A DNA stretch of 63,431 nucleotides. Source: an uncultured Clostridia bacterium (lineage in GTDB: Bacteria; Bacillota; Clostridia; Christensenellales; CAG-917). The translations under genes and the position numbers were made by a program. The notes below the pieces were generated by a model. It had not been told where the DNA came from. It did not search any database and worked only from the letters and a program-made list of their open reading frames with translations. Where the stretch lies: contig CASDRL010000025.1 in NCBI GenBank assembly GCA_949283145.1, positions 1 through 63,431 of the forward strand, read 5' to 3'. Of the stretch, positions 53,523 through 63,176 are shown one piece after another. How positions within the stretch are numbered: position 1 is the stretch's first letter; the number at the start of each line of letters is the position of its first letter.

Positions 53523-53630
53523 TTGACAAACGCAGGGTTTAAGCATCGCAAAAACCCATAAAAACACCGTATTTTGTCGAAACCGCGGGAGATCGCTTTT
53601 TCTCCCGCGGCGACGGCACGAAAGAGAGAG

Positions 53631-54497
53631 ATGACATTTTCGGCTTTCAAAGAGACCGCGATGAAGGTCGTGTTCGCCGTCACGGCGGCGGTCTTCATCC
53701 TGTGCGTCATCGTGATCTGCGTCTTCATCTTCGCAAGGTCTGTCCCCGCGATAGGGGAGATCGGGTTGTTTGAATTTTTGTTCTCCACCGAGTGGGCACC
53801 GAACAACACCCCGGCGAGCTACGGCATAGGCACGATGATCGTAGGCACGTGTTTCGTCACGGCGGGCGCGCTCGTCATAGGAGTCCCCGTCGGGCTGCTC
53901 ATGGCGGCGTTCATGGCAAGATATTGCCCCAAGCCCCTTTACAAGGTGATGAAGCCCATGACCAACATCCTTGCGGGCATCCCGTCCATCGTGTACGGCT
54001 ATTTCGGCATGATGGTCATCGCGCCCCTCATCCGCGACAATTTAGGCGGCACGGGATACAGCATCCTCACCGCGTCCATAGTGCTGGGCATCATGATCCT
54101 GCCCACCGTCATCGGCGTGTCGGAGTCCGCGCTGCGCGCGCTGCCCAACACCTATTACGAGGGTGCTCTCGCGCTCGGCGCCACGCATGAACGCGCCGTG
54201 TTCATGACGGAGTTCCCCGCAGCCAGGTCCGGCATCCTGACTTCCGTGGTGCTGGGGCTGGGGAGAGTGGTCGGCGAGACGATGGCTGTGGTCATGATCG
54301 TCGGCAACAGCACCGCGCTCCCCGACAGTCTGCTCGACGGCGTGCGCACCATGACTTCGCACATAGTGCTCGAGCTCGGTTACGCAACGGACCTTCACCG
54401 CGGCGCGCTCATCGCGACTGCGGCGGTGCTCTTCGTCTTCATCCTGTTCATAAATCTGCTCATCGCGGCGATCCGCAGGAAAGGGAGGGCAAAATGA
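53631..54497 (+). CDS. pstC: Phosphate ABC transporter permease PstC
   Basis: Permease with EAA-type loop (SESALRALPNTYYEGALALGAT). Start is 53631 or TTG 53574. Confidence 0.9.
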   Translation: MTFSAFKETAMKVVFAVTAAVFILCVIVICVFIFARSVPAIGEIGLFEFLFSTEWAPNNTPASYGIGTMIVGTCFVTAGALVIGVPVGLLMAAFMARYCPKPLYKVMKPMTNILAGIPSIVYGYFGMMVIAPLIRDNLGGTGYSILTASIVLGIMILPTVIGVSESALRALPNTYYEGALALGATHERAVFMTEFPAARSGILTSVVLGLGRVVGETMAVVMIVGNSTALPDSLLDGVRTMTSHIVLELGYATDLHRGALIATAAVLFVFILFINLLIAAIRRKGRAK

Positions 54498-55429
54498 AAA
54501 GTGCGGCGGCTCTCCTCAAACAAAAATTCGCCCCTCTGCCTTCCTGCGATCTGAAGGGCAGACCCTTTGTCAACAAGCCCTCCCTCGGGAAAAAACTCGC
54601 GGAATACAAGCGGCATCCTTTTTCTCTCGTCATGATGGTGCTGGTCATCCTGTCCGCTCTCGCCACGGCGGCGGTCGTGCTGTGGATCGTCATCCACGTC
54701 ATCATGCAGGGCGCGCCCAACCTCAAAGCGTCGCTTTTCGAGCTTGAGTATGACAGCGAGAACCTGTCGCTCATGCCTGCGTTTTTCAACACTCTCATCA
54801 TCGCGGGGATGTCCCTGCTCATTGCAGTGCCCGTCGGCGTCGCGGCGGCGATATTCCTCACGGAATACACCTCCTCCGCCAACAAATTCGTTGCCGTTGT
54901 CAGGATGGCGGCGGAGACCCTTGCGGGCATCCCGTCCATCGTGTACGGCATCTTCGGGATGATCCTTTTTGTGGAGATGCTTTTCAAAGGGTTCAGCCTC
55001 ATCGCGGGCATACTCACGATGGCGATCATGATCCTCCCCCTCGTCATGCGCACGACGGAAGAGGCATTGCGCGCCGTGCCCGATTCCTTCCGGGAGGGGT
55101 CGTTCGCGCTCGGCGCGGGCAAGTTGCGCACGATCTTCCGCGTAGTGCTGCCCTCCGCCGTGCCCGGCATCATCGCGGGCGTCATCCTCGCGCTCGGCAG
55201 AGTGGTGGGGGAGACCGCGGCGCTCATCTACACTTCGGGCACGGTGAAAGCGGTGCCGGACAGCCTGTTCGGCAGCGGCGAGACGCTCGCCATCCATATG
55301 TACACTCTGTCAAGCGAAGGGCTGCACGTCGACGAAGCGTGGGCGACAGCCATCGTACTCATACTCCTCGTGCTCGTCATCAACGGCGCGGCGGAGTTCA
55401 TTTCGAACAAGTTCAGAAAGAGGTATTGA
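54494..55429 (+). CDS. pstA: Phosphate ABC transporter permease PstA
   Basis: [23 protein letters not shown]. Overlaps the pstC stop. Confidence 0.92.
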   Translation: MKSAAALLKQKFAPLPSCDLKGRPFVNKPSLGKKLAEYKRHPFSLVMMVLVILSALATAAVVLWIVIHVIMQGAPNLKASLFELEYDSENLSLMPAFFNTLIIAGMSLLIAVPVGVAAAIFLTEYTSSANKFVAVVRMAAETLAGIPSIVYGIFGMILFVEMLFKGFSLIAGILTMAIMILPLVMRTTEEALRAVPDSFREGSFALGAGKLRTIFRVVLPSAVPGIIAGVILALGRVVGETAALIYTSGTVKAVPDSLFGSGETLAIHMYTLSSEGLHVDEAWATAIVLILLVLVINGAAEFISNKFRKRY

Positions 55430-56232
55430 TGATAAGACCGGAACTCAGACAAAACGTTTACATCAGAGGGGATGCGGCGACGCCCAAATTCCGCGTGCGG
55501 GATCTCGACCTATTTTACGGCACTTTTCAGGCGTTGAAGAGTGTGGATATGGACATCGACGCGAACGAGATCACCGCGCTCATCGGTCCTTCCGGCTGCG
55601 GGAAGTCCACATTCCTCAAGACTCTCGACCGCATGAACGACATCATCCCCGGCTGCCGCGTCTCGGGCAAGGTGGAGCTGGACGGCGCGGACATCTATGC
55701 CGGCGGGATGGACGTCAATCTCCTGCGCAAGCGCGTGGGGATGGTGTTCCAAAAGCCCAACCCCTTCCCCGCAAGTGTCTACGACAACATCGCCTACGGC
55801 CCGAAGACCCACGGCGTGAGGAAAAAGTCGGAGCTGGACGACATTGTCGAGAGCTCCCTTCGCAGGGCAGCCATATGGGATGAACTCAAGGACCGCCTGA
55901 AAAAGAGCGCGCTCGGGCTCTCCGGCGGGCAGCAGCAGAGGCTGTGCATAGCCCGCGCTCTTGCGGTAAAGCCCGACGTCCTTTTGATGGACGAACCCAC
56001 CTCCGCGCTCGATCCCATCTCCACGGGCAAGATCGAGGAGCTCGCTCAGGAACTCAAAAAGGACTACACCATTGTCATCGTCACCCACAACATGCAGCAG
56101 GCGGCGAGGATCTCGGACAAAACGGGCTTCTTCCTCCTCGGCGAGCTCATCGAGTTCGGCGGCACGGACGAGGTGTTCGACTCTCCGCGCGACAAGCGCA
56201 CGGAGGACTACATCACGGGGAGGTTCGGCTGA
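55429..56232 (+). CDS. pstB: Phosphate ABC transporter ATPase PstB
   Basis: [41 protein letters not shown] overlap with pstA. Confidence 0.95.
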   Translation: MIRPELRQNVYIRGDAATPKFRVRDLDLFYGTFQALKSVDMDIDANEITALIGPSGCGKSTFLKTLDRMNDIIPGCRVSGKVELDGADIYAGGMDVNLLRKRVGMVFQKPNPFPASVYDNIAYGPKTHGVRKKSELDDIVESSLRRAAIWDELKDRLKKSALGLSGGQQQRLCIARALAVKPDVLLMDEPTSALDPISTGKIEELAQELKKDYTIVIVTHNMQQAARISDKTGFFLLGELIEFGGTDEVFDSPRDKRTEDYITGRFG

Positions 56233-56861
56233 TGCGCAAACAGTTTGACGAACAGCTTCTGCAAGTCAGAGGCATGTTGAAGGAAATGTGCGAGGTGGAC
56301 GCCGAGGCGATGCGTCTCATCGAGAGGGCATTGGCGTCCCGCGAGGATGTCTCCGCTCCCGTCCGCGTCTGCGAGAGAGCGGCGGACGAAAAGGAGCGCG
56401 AGATAGAAAGGCTGTGTATGCGCATAATAGTGCGCCAACAGCCCGTAGCCCACGACCTCGCCCTCGTCACCTCCGCGGTCAAGATGGTCACGGACCTCGA
56501 GCGCATCACCGATCAGGCGGCGGACATCGCCGACATCCTGAAAGGCGCCGTTTCATGCGCCGTCCCCAAAAGCCTCGGCGCCATGATGGCATCCGCCCGC
56601 GAAATGGTGGAAAGGTGCGCCGCAGCCCTCGACACCTTCTCTCTCGACGAAGCCCGCGCGATCCGCCGCGCCGACGACATCGTGGACGGGCTCTTTGCCG
56701 CCGTCAAACGCGAACTCGTGGGCATGGTGGACGAGAAAGACGAGGACGGTGAGTGCGCGATGGATATGCTCATGACAGCAAAATACCTCGAGCGCGTCGG
56801 CGACCACGCCGTCAATGTCGCGGAGTGGATCGTCTTCGCCGCCCGCGCCAAGAATGAATAA
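56232..56861 (+). CDS. phoU: Phosphate signalling regulator PhoU
   Basis: Two PhoU repeats (DLERITDQAADIA; YLERVGDHAVNVAEW). Overlaps the pstB stop. Confidence 0.92.
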   Translation: MRKQFDEQLLQVRGMLKEMCEVDAEAMRLIERALASREDVSAPVRVCERAADEKEREIERLCMRIIVRQQPVAHDLALVTSAVKMVTDLERITDQAADIADILKGAVSCAVPKSLGAMMASAREMVERCAAALDTFSLDEARAIRRADDIVDGLFAAVKRELVGMVDEKDEDGECAMDMLMTAKYLERVGDHAVNVAEWIVFAARAKNE

Positions 56862-56964
56862 GACCTTATCGTAAACGGCAGTGTGATCACACTGCGCGGT
56901 GTTTATCTCTCTTTTTCGGCACAGTGAACAGCCAATTCGGCTGTTCACTGTGCTTTTAAGACAT

Positions 56965-57385
56965 GCATCGTGTTCAAGCACGCCCCCGAATAGGCTTCTC
57001 GTCTCGAGGGTGAGTTAGAATCCCCCCCTCCTTCCCTTCGGGCTTTCCTCCCCCGTGTCCGATTGGAGTATTGTCCTCCTAAAATGCGGGATACACTTTC
57101 CGCCTCTTGAAAAAAGTTTGTGTCTCGCACTTACATAATCGAGCGGCGAACAGTACCCACTGAGAACCCGGCACGGGCGGAGGAATTCGGCGCTCGCGCA
57201 CGACGCCCGTGCCTACTTAATGTTTCGTCGGCGCTCGGCACTCACTTAGCGCGCCGCGACTTGCAAGAGCGAGCGCAAGCGCCCGCTGTGCAAGTTTGGC
57301 TGAGCGGCGCGTGGTTCCATCTTCGAAAGAGAGCCGTCGTGCTCCAAGACGCTTCGAACAGGTGCTCGTCGTGCTTTAGGGACAC
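56965..57385 (+). ncRNA. L-element copy C (short variant)
   Basis: Same architecture as copy A but without the 42-nt inner insert. The 3' end re-initiates a truncated second unit. Confidence 0.5.
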
Positions 57386-57520
57386 ACGCTAGTGCTTTAT
57401 ATAAAATTGCGCCGAAGGTTGCGGCTTTGCCCGCAACCTTCGGCGCATTCTTATTATAAAAATATGGGAGCGCGAGGGTGTAACACCCTCGCAAGGGGCG
57501 TGGGGGGGATCCCCCACAGG
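57386..57520. repeat. H-family hairpin cluster H8
   Basis: Central hairpin GCGCCGAAGGTTGCGG-CTTTG-CCCGCAACCTTCGGCGC (57409-57446) with compensatory changes relative to the other copies, followed by the GGGAGCGCGAGGG unit and GTGGGGGGGATCCCCCAC. Confidence 0.7.
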
Positions 57521-57523
57521 GGA

Positions 57524-58774
57524 TCAGCCTCCGAGACCTACTGTGGTATTGTCGCGGGTGCGGCAGGCGAGTTCGGGGACGGGGTTGGGCGCGGTCTCGA
57601 AGCGGAAGTCCTCGCCGTGGGCGGAGAGGTAGCGTTCGATGACGGCGTGGGCGGGCTCATCCGAGGCTTTGCCGTTGACGCGCTTGTTGTGAGTGAAGAA
57701 GACGTCGTCCTTTTTGAGGGAAGCGACGTCGACATAATCCTCCTTTTTTGAGGTCATGCGCACGGTGTCGCCGAGCACGCCGCGGATATATCCGATGTTG
57801 TCTTTGCCGAAGGTGAGGGGCTCGGGGAAGGCGGTGTGCGGGAAGACGGAATGATAGTCACGTTTCTCGTACTTTTCCAAGAGTTCCGCCGCCTTGTGCA
57901 GGTGCGCGAGCTCCTGCTCGAGCAGGGCTTCCCAGATCTTTTTGATGCGGGGGTCGGTCTCGTCGAGGGCGCAGCTATAGTAGAGATAGCACTCCGCGTA
58001 CTCGTGTTCGATGAGCCCCGCGAGCCAAGTGCAGTCCGTGTCCATCAGACAGCCGTATTGCGTGACGTGCTGTTCCTCTATCATGGCGATCTCGAGGAAG
58101 AGGCGCTTGCCCTCCTCGGTGGGATAGGTGTTGCCCACGTTCATATAGAAGTTCATGGTCTGCTGTTCGGCGGCGGTGATGATGGCAGCGTTGAGACGGG
58201 TGACGGGGTCGGAGCGCTTGAAATCGCAGGCGCGGCGCACATCGTCGGCAGGGTAGCGGTGCTCCGCAATGGTGGGACGTCCCGGGGTGATCTCCGTGCG
58301 CTTGCCGACAAGGCGTGACGCGTCGACGTTCATGTCGTGCATGAGCATATTTGAAAAACGGTAGAGATGGTCGAAGTCCTCAAGGAGAGCGAAATCCAGC
58401 GTCATCTTGACATACGGGTCCTTCTCCCGCCGCGCGAGATTTGCGGTGAGCTCCACCGCGAGCTGTTCATAGCCGATGGTGGTCTCCAGGATGCTCTCGT
58501 CCACGGGTTTCAGAGCGGCGAGCTTCTTTTGCTGCTGCTGTTCCACACGGCGCACGAGCGCGATCTCCCGCCGCAAGTCCCCGATGTTGCAATGCCGCGA
58601 GAATTGATGCGAAAACCAGTTCGCTTCAAACTCCGTGCCATTCATCAGGATGATGCGGAGTTTGGTGTACGGGTCGGCGGAATTTTTGTCGTAGGGCTTG
58701 ACAAAGAGTTCCTTCCAGCTCTCGAAGCCCTCTTCCACGGGCTTGACTTTTTGCTTGAACGGATCGAATGACAT
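57524..58774 (-). CDS. Ferritin-like / di-iron-carboxylate-like protein (unknown function)
   Basis: ExxH-type helices (EDFDHLYRF, EEQHVTQYG, EHEYAECYLYY, EQELAHLHKA). AAGGAG RBS before ATG 58774. Confidence 0.6.
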   Translation of the reverse strand: MSFDPFKQKVKPVEEGFESWKELFVKPYDKNSADPYTKLRIILMNGTEFEANWFSHQFSRHCNIGDLRREIALVRRVEQQQQKKLAALKPVDESILETTIGYEQLAVELTANLARREKDPYVKMTLDFALLEDFDHLYRFSNMLMHDMNVDASRLVGKRTEITPGRPTIAEHRYPADDVRRACDFKRSDPVTRLNAAIITAAEQQTMNFYMNVGNTYPTEEGKRLFLEIAMIEEQHVTQYGCLMDTDCTWLAGLIEHEYAECYLYYSCALDETDPRIKKIWEALLEQELAHLHKAAELLEKYEKRDYHSVFPHTAFPEPLTFGKDNIGYIRGVLGDTVRMTSKKEDYVDVASLKKDDVFFTHNKRVNGKASDEPAHAVIERYLSAHGEDFRFETAPNPVPELACRTRDNTTVGLGG

Positions 58775-58873
58775 AAGCGTAGTCTCCTTTACGAAAAATG
58801 CGGGGAACACGTCCCCGCATTAGTCTGCCCGAAAGCCCCGCCTATTATTCCGCCCCCGCGGCGGCAAAATGCG

Positions 58874-61339
58874 TCACTCGGCGGAGCGATACAGCAAACT
58901 GCCTGTTCGCAGCAACTCGGCGGCAGCAGAAGGATCGGAGAACATCTCTTGTGTCAGTTCGATTTCCGTATCATCAGTAGACCAGCCTTCCGTCACCTCG
59001 AATTTAGCCGAGGTCAGGCTGTCGCACCCTAAGAATGCGTGGTTGCCTATGTATGTCACACTGTCGGGGATGGAGACGGAAGTCAAACTCGTGCATTGAT
59101 AGAAAGCATAATGCCCTATGCTTGTCACGCTGTCAGGAATAGTGACGGAGACCAAATTGCTGCAAGAACGGAAGGCAAAAGAGCCTATGCTTGTCACGCC
59201 GGCCGGGATGGTGACGGAGGTGATGTCCGTCTGATAAGCAAATGCATTAGAAGGAATTGCAGTCACGCCGTAGGAGACGGTGATCGCTCCTTCCATTTTA
59301 TTTCCGCTTATATACAACGTCCGTCCGCTTGACATCACGCTGCCATGCCAGTCCTTTTCAAGCCAACTCGTCATATCACCGGTGTAGTAGATTGAGGTCA
59401 GATTACTGCAGCCGTCGAAGGCACCCAACCTTATGCTCGTCACGCTGTCCGGGATGGTGATCGAGGTCAAACCGGTGCAATCCGCAAAGGCACCATTCCC
59501 TATGCTCGTCACGCCGTCCGGGATGGTGACAGAGGTCAAATTGCTGCAATCCGCGAAAGCATAAGTTCCAATGCTCTCCACGCCGTTTCCGGTGGAGACC
59601 GAGGTCAAGCGGATACAATTACGGAAGGCGGAATTTCCAATGTTTGCAGTGCCGGGGATACTCACATTTTCAAGTGAAGCGCACCCATTGAACGCATGAT
59701 CCTTTATGCTTGATACGCTATCCGGAATCGTGAGGTCGGTGACGGGCTCGCCGTCAATGAACAGGCTGCCGCCGTAATAACACGGGTTGCTGTCGGAGGA
59801 ACCGAAATCTATGTTAAGCCAAGAGTTTATATCGGTGATGTGAACCTCTTTGATGGCTTTGTCGAACTGGAACGCATAATCACCGATTGTGGTAACTTTG
59901 CTTCCGATAGTGACAGGGTTTAGAGAATAGCAACAAATGAATGCACCTAGTCCAACGGTCTCCGCATCCGCGGCGATGGTCGCGGTGCTGATTGTGCTGA
60001 ATGCGAATAGTCCTTGCCCTACCTCGGTCACACCCTCCGGAATGACGAGGTCGGTGACGACTTCGCCTCCCACGACCAGGTCATGCTGCGGAAGAATTGG
60101 AGGCTTCATGGTGTTAAATCCCGTGATTTCGACGTTCAGCCAATCTTCCAATGTATCCACGCAAAAACGGGTGAGGTCAGGACACTCCTCTATTGCCCCG
60201 ACATGCAGCGTCTGGAGCGTGTTCGGGAGAGTGAGGGAGCATAGTGCCGTGCAGCCCGACAAAGCACCGTCCGCAAGTTCCGTCCCCGCGGTGAGGACGA
60301 GGTTTTCAAGCTTGCTTTGCGGGATGCTGTCTATCGCGCAGAGGGGCAAGGTGGCACTCGTGATGTCGGACGCGCCGTCGAAGGCGGTGCTCGCGATGTT
60401 TGCCGTGCCGTTTTGCTCGATGCTGTTCGGGATGGTCACCGCCTTAAGAGATGTACAGCCGGAGAAAGCGTTTTCCCCTATGCGCTCCACGCCCTCCGCG
60501 ATGGTGACGGAGATGATGCCGGTGTTGTTTTGAAAGGCTCCGTCCGCGATCTCGGTGACGGGTTTGCCGAGGTATGCCGAGGGAATGACCACCGTTTGCA
60601 TGTCGCCCGCAACACCCGTGACGGAGAGACTTCCGTCGGAGAGAGGCTCATAGCTGAGAGTGCTTGTCGTGAGCGCGGGCGTCAGATCCACGCGGGTAAA
60701 GGTGCCGTCCGAGAACTCTATCACAAGGAAAGTGCCGTCCACGCGGATCCCGGTGATGCCGAGGCCGGGCTTGCCTTGTTCGCCTTGTTCACCTTGCTCA
60801 CCCTTGTCGCCTTGGTCTCCTTTGTCGCCCTGAGGACCTTGCTCGCCCGTGACGACGCCGAGGTTCTGCGTCCTGCCGTCGGAGTAGGAGAGGATGAGTT
60901 CACCCTTATCGTTGATCTCGGCACCCGTGACACTCACGCCCTGTATGCCTTGTTCGCCCTTGTCGCCTTGGTCTCCCTTGTCTCCTTGGGGGCCTTGCGC
61001 GCCTGTGACGACGCCGAGGTTTTGCGTACTGCCGTCGGAGAAGGAGAGGATGAGTTCGCCCTTTTCGTTGATCTCGGCACCGGTGACGCTCACGCCCTGT
61101 TCGCCCTGTATGCCTTGCTCACCCTGTTCACCCTGTTCGCCCTGCGGGCCTTGCGCGCCCGTGATCACGCCGAGGTTCTGTGCCGAACCGTCCGAGTAGA
61201 TGAGGACAAGCTCGCCCGCATCGTTGATGATGGCGTTCGTCACCGTGGGGGTCTGCTCTTGGTTGCACGCGGCGAGCAGACACGCTCCGAGAGCGAGGAT
61301 GCACACCAATGCCATAACAAACAAAACTTTTTTCTTCAT
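58874..61339 (-). CDS. Surface lipoprotein with collagen-like GXY repeats and BspA-type leucine-rich repeats
   Basis: Lipobox LLAAC. Three modules of (INxxGELxLxYSDGxxQNLGVVTG + (GXY)7-11). Then about 20 LRR_5-like units (IPDSVTSIGxxAFxxCxxLTSVTI). Confidence 0.85.
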   Translation of the reverse strand: MKKKVLFVMALVCILALGACLLAACNQEQTPTVTNAIINDAGELVLIYSDGSAQNLGVITGAQGPQGEQGEQGEQGIQGEQGVSVTGAEINEKGELILSFSDGSTQNLGVVTGAQGPQGDKGDQGDKGEQGIQGVSVTGAEINDKGELILSYSDGRTQNLGVVTGEQGPQGDKGDQGDKGEQGEQGEQGKPGLGITGIRVDGTFLVIEFSDGTFTRVDLTPALTTSTLSYEPLSDGSLSVTGVAGDMQTVVIPSAYLGKPVTEIADGAFQNNTGIISVTIAEGVERIGENAFSGCTSLKAVTIPNSIEQNGTANIASTAFDGASDITSATLPLCAIDSIPQSKLENLVLTAGTELADGALSGCTALCSLTLPNTLQTLHVGAIEECPDLTRFCVDTLEDWLNVEITGFNTMKPPILPQHDLVVGGEVVTDLVIPEGVTEVGQGLFAFSTISTATIAADAETVGLGAFICCYSLNPVTIGSKVTTIGDYAFQFDKAIKEVHITDINSWLNIDFGSSDSNPCYYGGSLFIDGEPVTDLTIPDSVSSIKDHAFNGCASLENVSIPGTANIGNSAFRNCIRLTSVSTGNGVESIGTYAFADCSNLTSVTIPDGVTSIGNGAFADCTGLTSITIPDSVTSIRLGAFDGCSNLTSIYYTGDMTSWLEKDWHGSVMSSGRTLYISGNKMEGAITVSYGVTAIPSNAFAYQTDITSVTIPAGVTSIGSFAFRSCSNLVSVTIPDSVTSIGHYAFYQCTSLTSVSIPDSVTYIGNHAFLGCDSLTSAKFEVTEGWSTDDTEIELTQEMFSDPSAAAELLRTGSLLYRSAE

Positions 61340-61475
61340 ACCCGACTCCGTTTGCGCGCGGATGCGCGTCATCATCAGAGCATTATATCACGGATGTGTA
61401 TCAATAATTGATTTTAAGAAAAAAAATGACGAACCGGGCATGATTTTTTTTGGCGGGGGAACCGTGTCATCCGCG

Positions 61476-61533
61476 GGAAAGCGCCGTGGAGAATTGCTCC
61501 GAGGCGGGTTTTGTGTCGTTTCGGGTCGGCATG
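61476..61533. repeat. S-family short repeat, copy S2
   Basis: GGAAAGCGCCGTGGAGAATTGCTCCGAGGCGGGTTTTGTGTCGTTTCGGGTCGGCAT. Related copies at 61663-61720 and 15737-15790. Confidence 0.55.
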
Positions 61534-61662
61534 CCGGAGCGGGCTGAGGCGGACTTGGTTCGGCTATGCCGAACAGGTCACACCTCAGAGCAAGAGATTT
61601 TCGGATGATGTTGCACGGGCGGAACGCAGGCAATAGTATACATATTGGCAAGCCTCAGCCGC

Positions 61663-61720
61663 GGAAAAGCACCGAGAAGAATTGCTTCTTGGCGGGTTTG
61701 TATCGTTTCGGGTCGGCATC
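61663..61720. repeat. S-family short repeat, copy S3
   Basis: GGAAAAGCACCGAGAAGAATTGCTTCTTGGCGGGTTTGTATCGTTTCGGGTCGGCAT. Confidence 0.55.
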
Positions 61721-61733
61721 CCGCGCCGGCATA

Positions 61734-61771
61734 ATAAAAAAAGGCGCCCTGCCGGGGGGGGCAGGAGCGCC
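61734..61771 (-). terminator. Terminator of the downstream HxxxDG gene
   Basis: GGCGCTCCTGCC-CCCCCC-GGCAGGGCGCC + TTTTTTTATT on the minus strand. Confidence 0.7.
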
Positions 61772-61796
61772 TTCCAAAAGGGGGGGTGGATAAAGC

Positions 61797-63113
61797 TTAT
61801 TTATCCGCCGGAGCGGCGTCGAGTTTGGAGCGGTTGAGCTCCACAAACGCGTTCATATTGGCGATGATCATGTCGAAGAAACGCTCCACGATCTTCTCGT
61901 CCTCGTCGTTGCCGCGGATGGCGATGGTCATGGTGATGTCGCCGAGCAGGGAGGTGAGCGCAAGCTGCATATAGGGCTTGTATTTCACCGCGCCCGTCAT
62001 GAAGCCGTCCACGATGTTGGCGTCGCCCATTTTGAGCGCGCGGTCGTCCATCACGCCGATGTTGGACATGCCGATGAGGGGGTTGAGATAGCCTATCTTG
62101 ATGGCTTGCTCGCTGATGATGTAGGGGAAGATGGAGTACGCCAGCTTGAGAAGGGGCAGGCTGTAAAGCCCCATATACGGGTCGTCCTTGCTCTTCCTCA
62201 CGGAGCGCAGCACCTCGATGAGGGTGTCGTTGATGGTCTCGCCCTTCCTCTCGGTGGAGCATTGCATGAAACCGGTGTGGTTTGTCAGTCCCGTATGCAC
62301 GCCTCCGTCCACGATGTGGCGGCGGAGATCCACCATGCAGGGGATGGTGAGGCGCTCGTCGTCGCGGAACATCCCGATCTCGTAAAGAGAGCGCACGTAG
62401 AACGCGAGCATGAGGTCGTTGACGGTGACGCCGAGGGCTTTGCCTATCTTCCTGAAATCGGAGAAGAGCTTGGTGCCCACCTTACGCCTGCAGATGCGGG
62501 TGACGTCGGCGGGAGAGCTCGGCGTGAGCGGGAAGTAGTGCTCGTCTTTGACCTGGCTGATGTTCTTGTAAAGCCCTTTTGCCACCTCTTCCTCTTCGGG
62601 GGTAAGCTTGGAGTAGACCTCGTCATAGCTGCGGCTGCCCGTCTTGATGTCGAGGTTGCGCTCGCCGTCCAGGAGCTTGTTGTAGTTTTCGGCGAGTTTC
62701 TTCATAAAATATTTGAAGTCGCCGCCGTCCATGCACATATGATTGACGATCATGCACAGCACGGACTTTCCGTCCTTGTTGAACACCGCCATCTTATATT
62801 GCACGTTGCTCTCCACGGGGATGCTCTGGCAGATGAACGCGTTGACGTCCGCCTCGATGTCCGTGCTGTCGCGGACGGTGAGGATGTCGTTCACCGTGTA
62901 GTCTTCCACCTTCCAATAGGGGTCGATGACGTCGCTCTTGAAAGAGGAGTGCAGCACCGGCACTTTTTCGGTGGTGAAGACGAGCACGCGCTTCAAGGTG
63001 GGGATGTCGATCAGCCCGTCGTAATATTGCACGCAGTGCACCATTCTGTCATAGAAATTGCGGAAGAGATATTGCATCTTGTCCCACATTTCCGCTTTCA
63101 ATGTAGTTGCCAT
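61797..63113 (-). CDS. Condensation/acyltransferase-superfamily protein (HxxxDG), second paralogue
   Basis: NHMCMDGGD motif, 438 aa. Confidence 0.6.
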   Translation of the reverse strand: MATTLKAEMWDKMQYLFRNFYDRMVHCVQYYDGLIDIPTLKRVLVFTTEKVPVLHSSFKSDVIDPYWKVEDYTVNDILTVRDSTDIEADVNAFICQSIPVESNVQYKMAVFNKDGKSVLCMIVNHMCMDGGDFKYFMKKLAENYNKLLDGERNLDIKTGSRSYDEVYSKLTPEEEEVAKGLYKNISQVKDEHYFPLTPSSPADVTRICRRKVGTKLFSDFRKIGKALGVTVNDLMLAFYVRSLYEIGMFRDDERLTIPCMVDLRRHIVDGGVHTGLTNHTGFMQCSTERKGETINDTLIEVLRSVRKSKDDPYMGLYSLPLLKLAYSIFPYIISEQAIKIGYLNPLIGMSNIGVMDDRALKMGDANIVDGFMTGAVKYKPYMQLALTSLLGDITMTIAIRGNDEDEKIVERFFDMIIANMNAFVELNRSKLDAAPADK

Positions 63114-63176
63114 AATATACCTTTATCAACCGTTTTCGGCACGATAAACGCCGTGTTTTGTGCTAGACGCTGCCGG

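Noticed and set aside
52296-53567. N-terminal 424 codons of the 728-aa ORF 51381..53567
   Set aside because: This part runs through an H-repeat cluster and antisense to pstS. The deacetylase domain, signal anchor and a plausible start all begin at ATG 52295.
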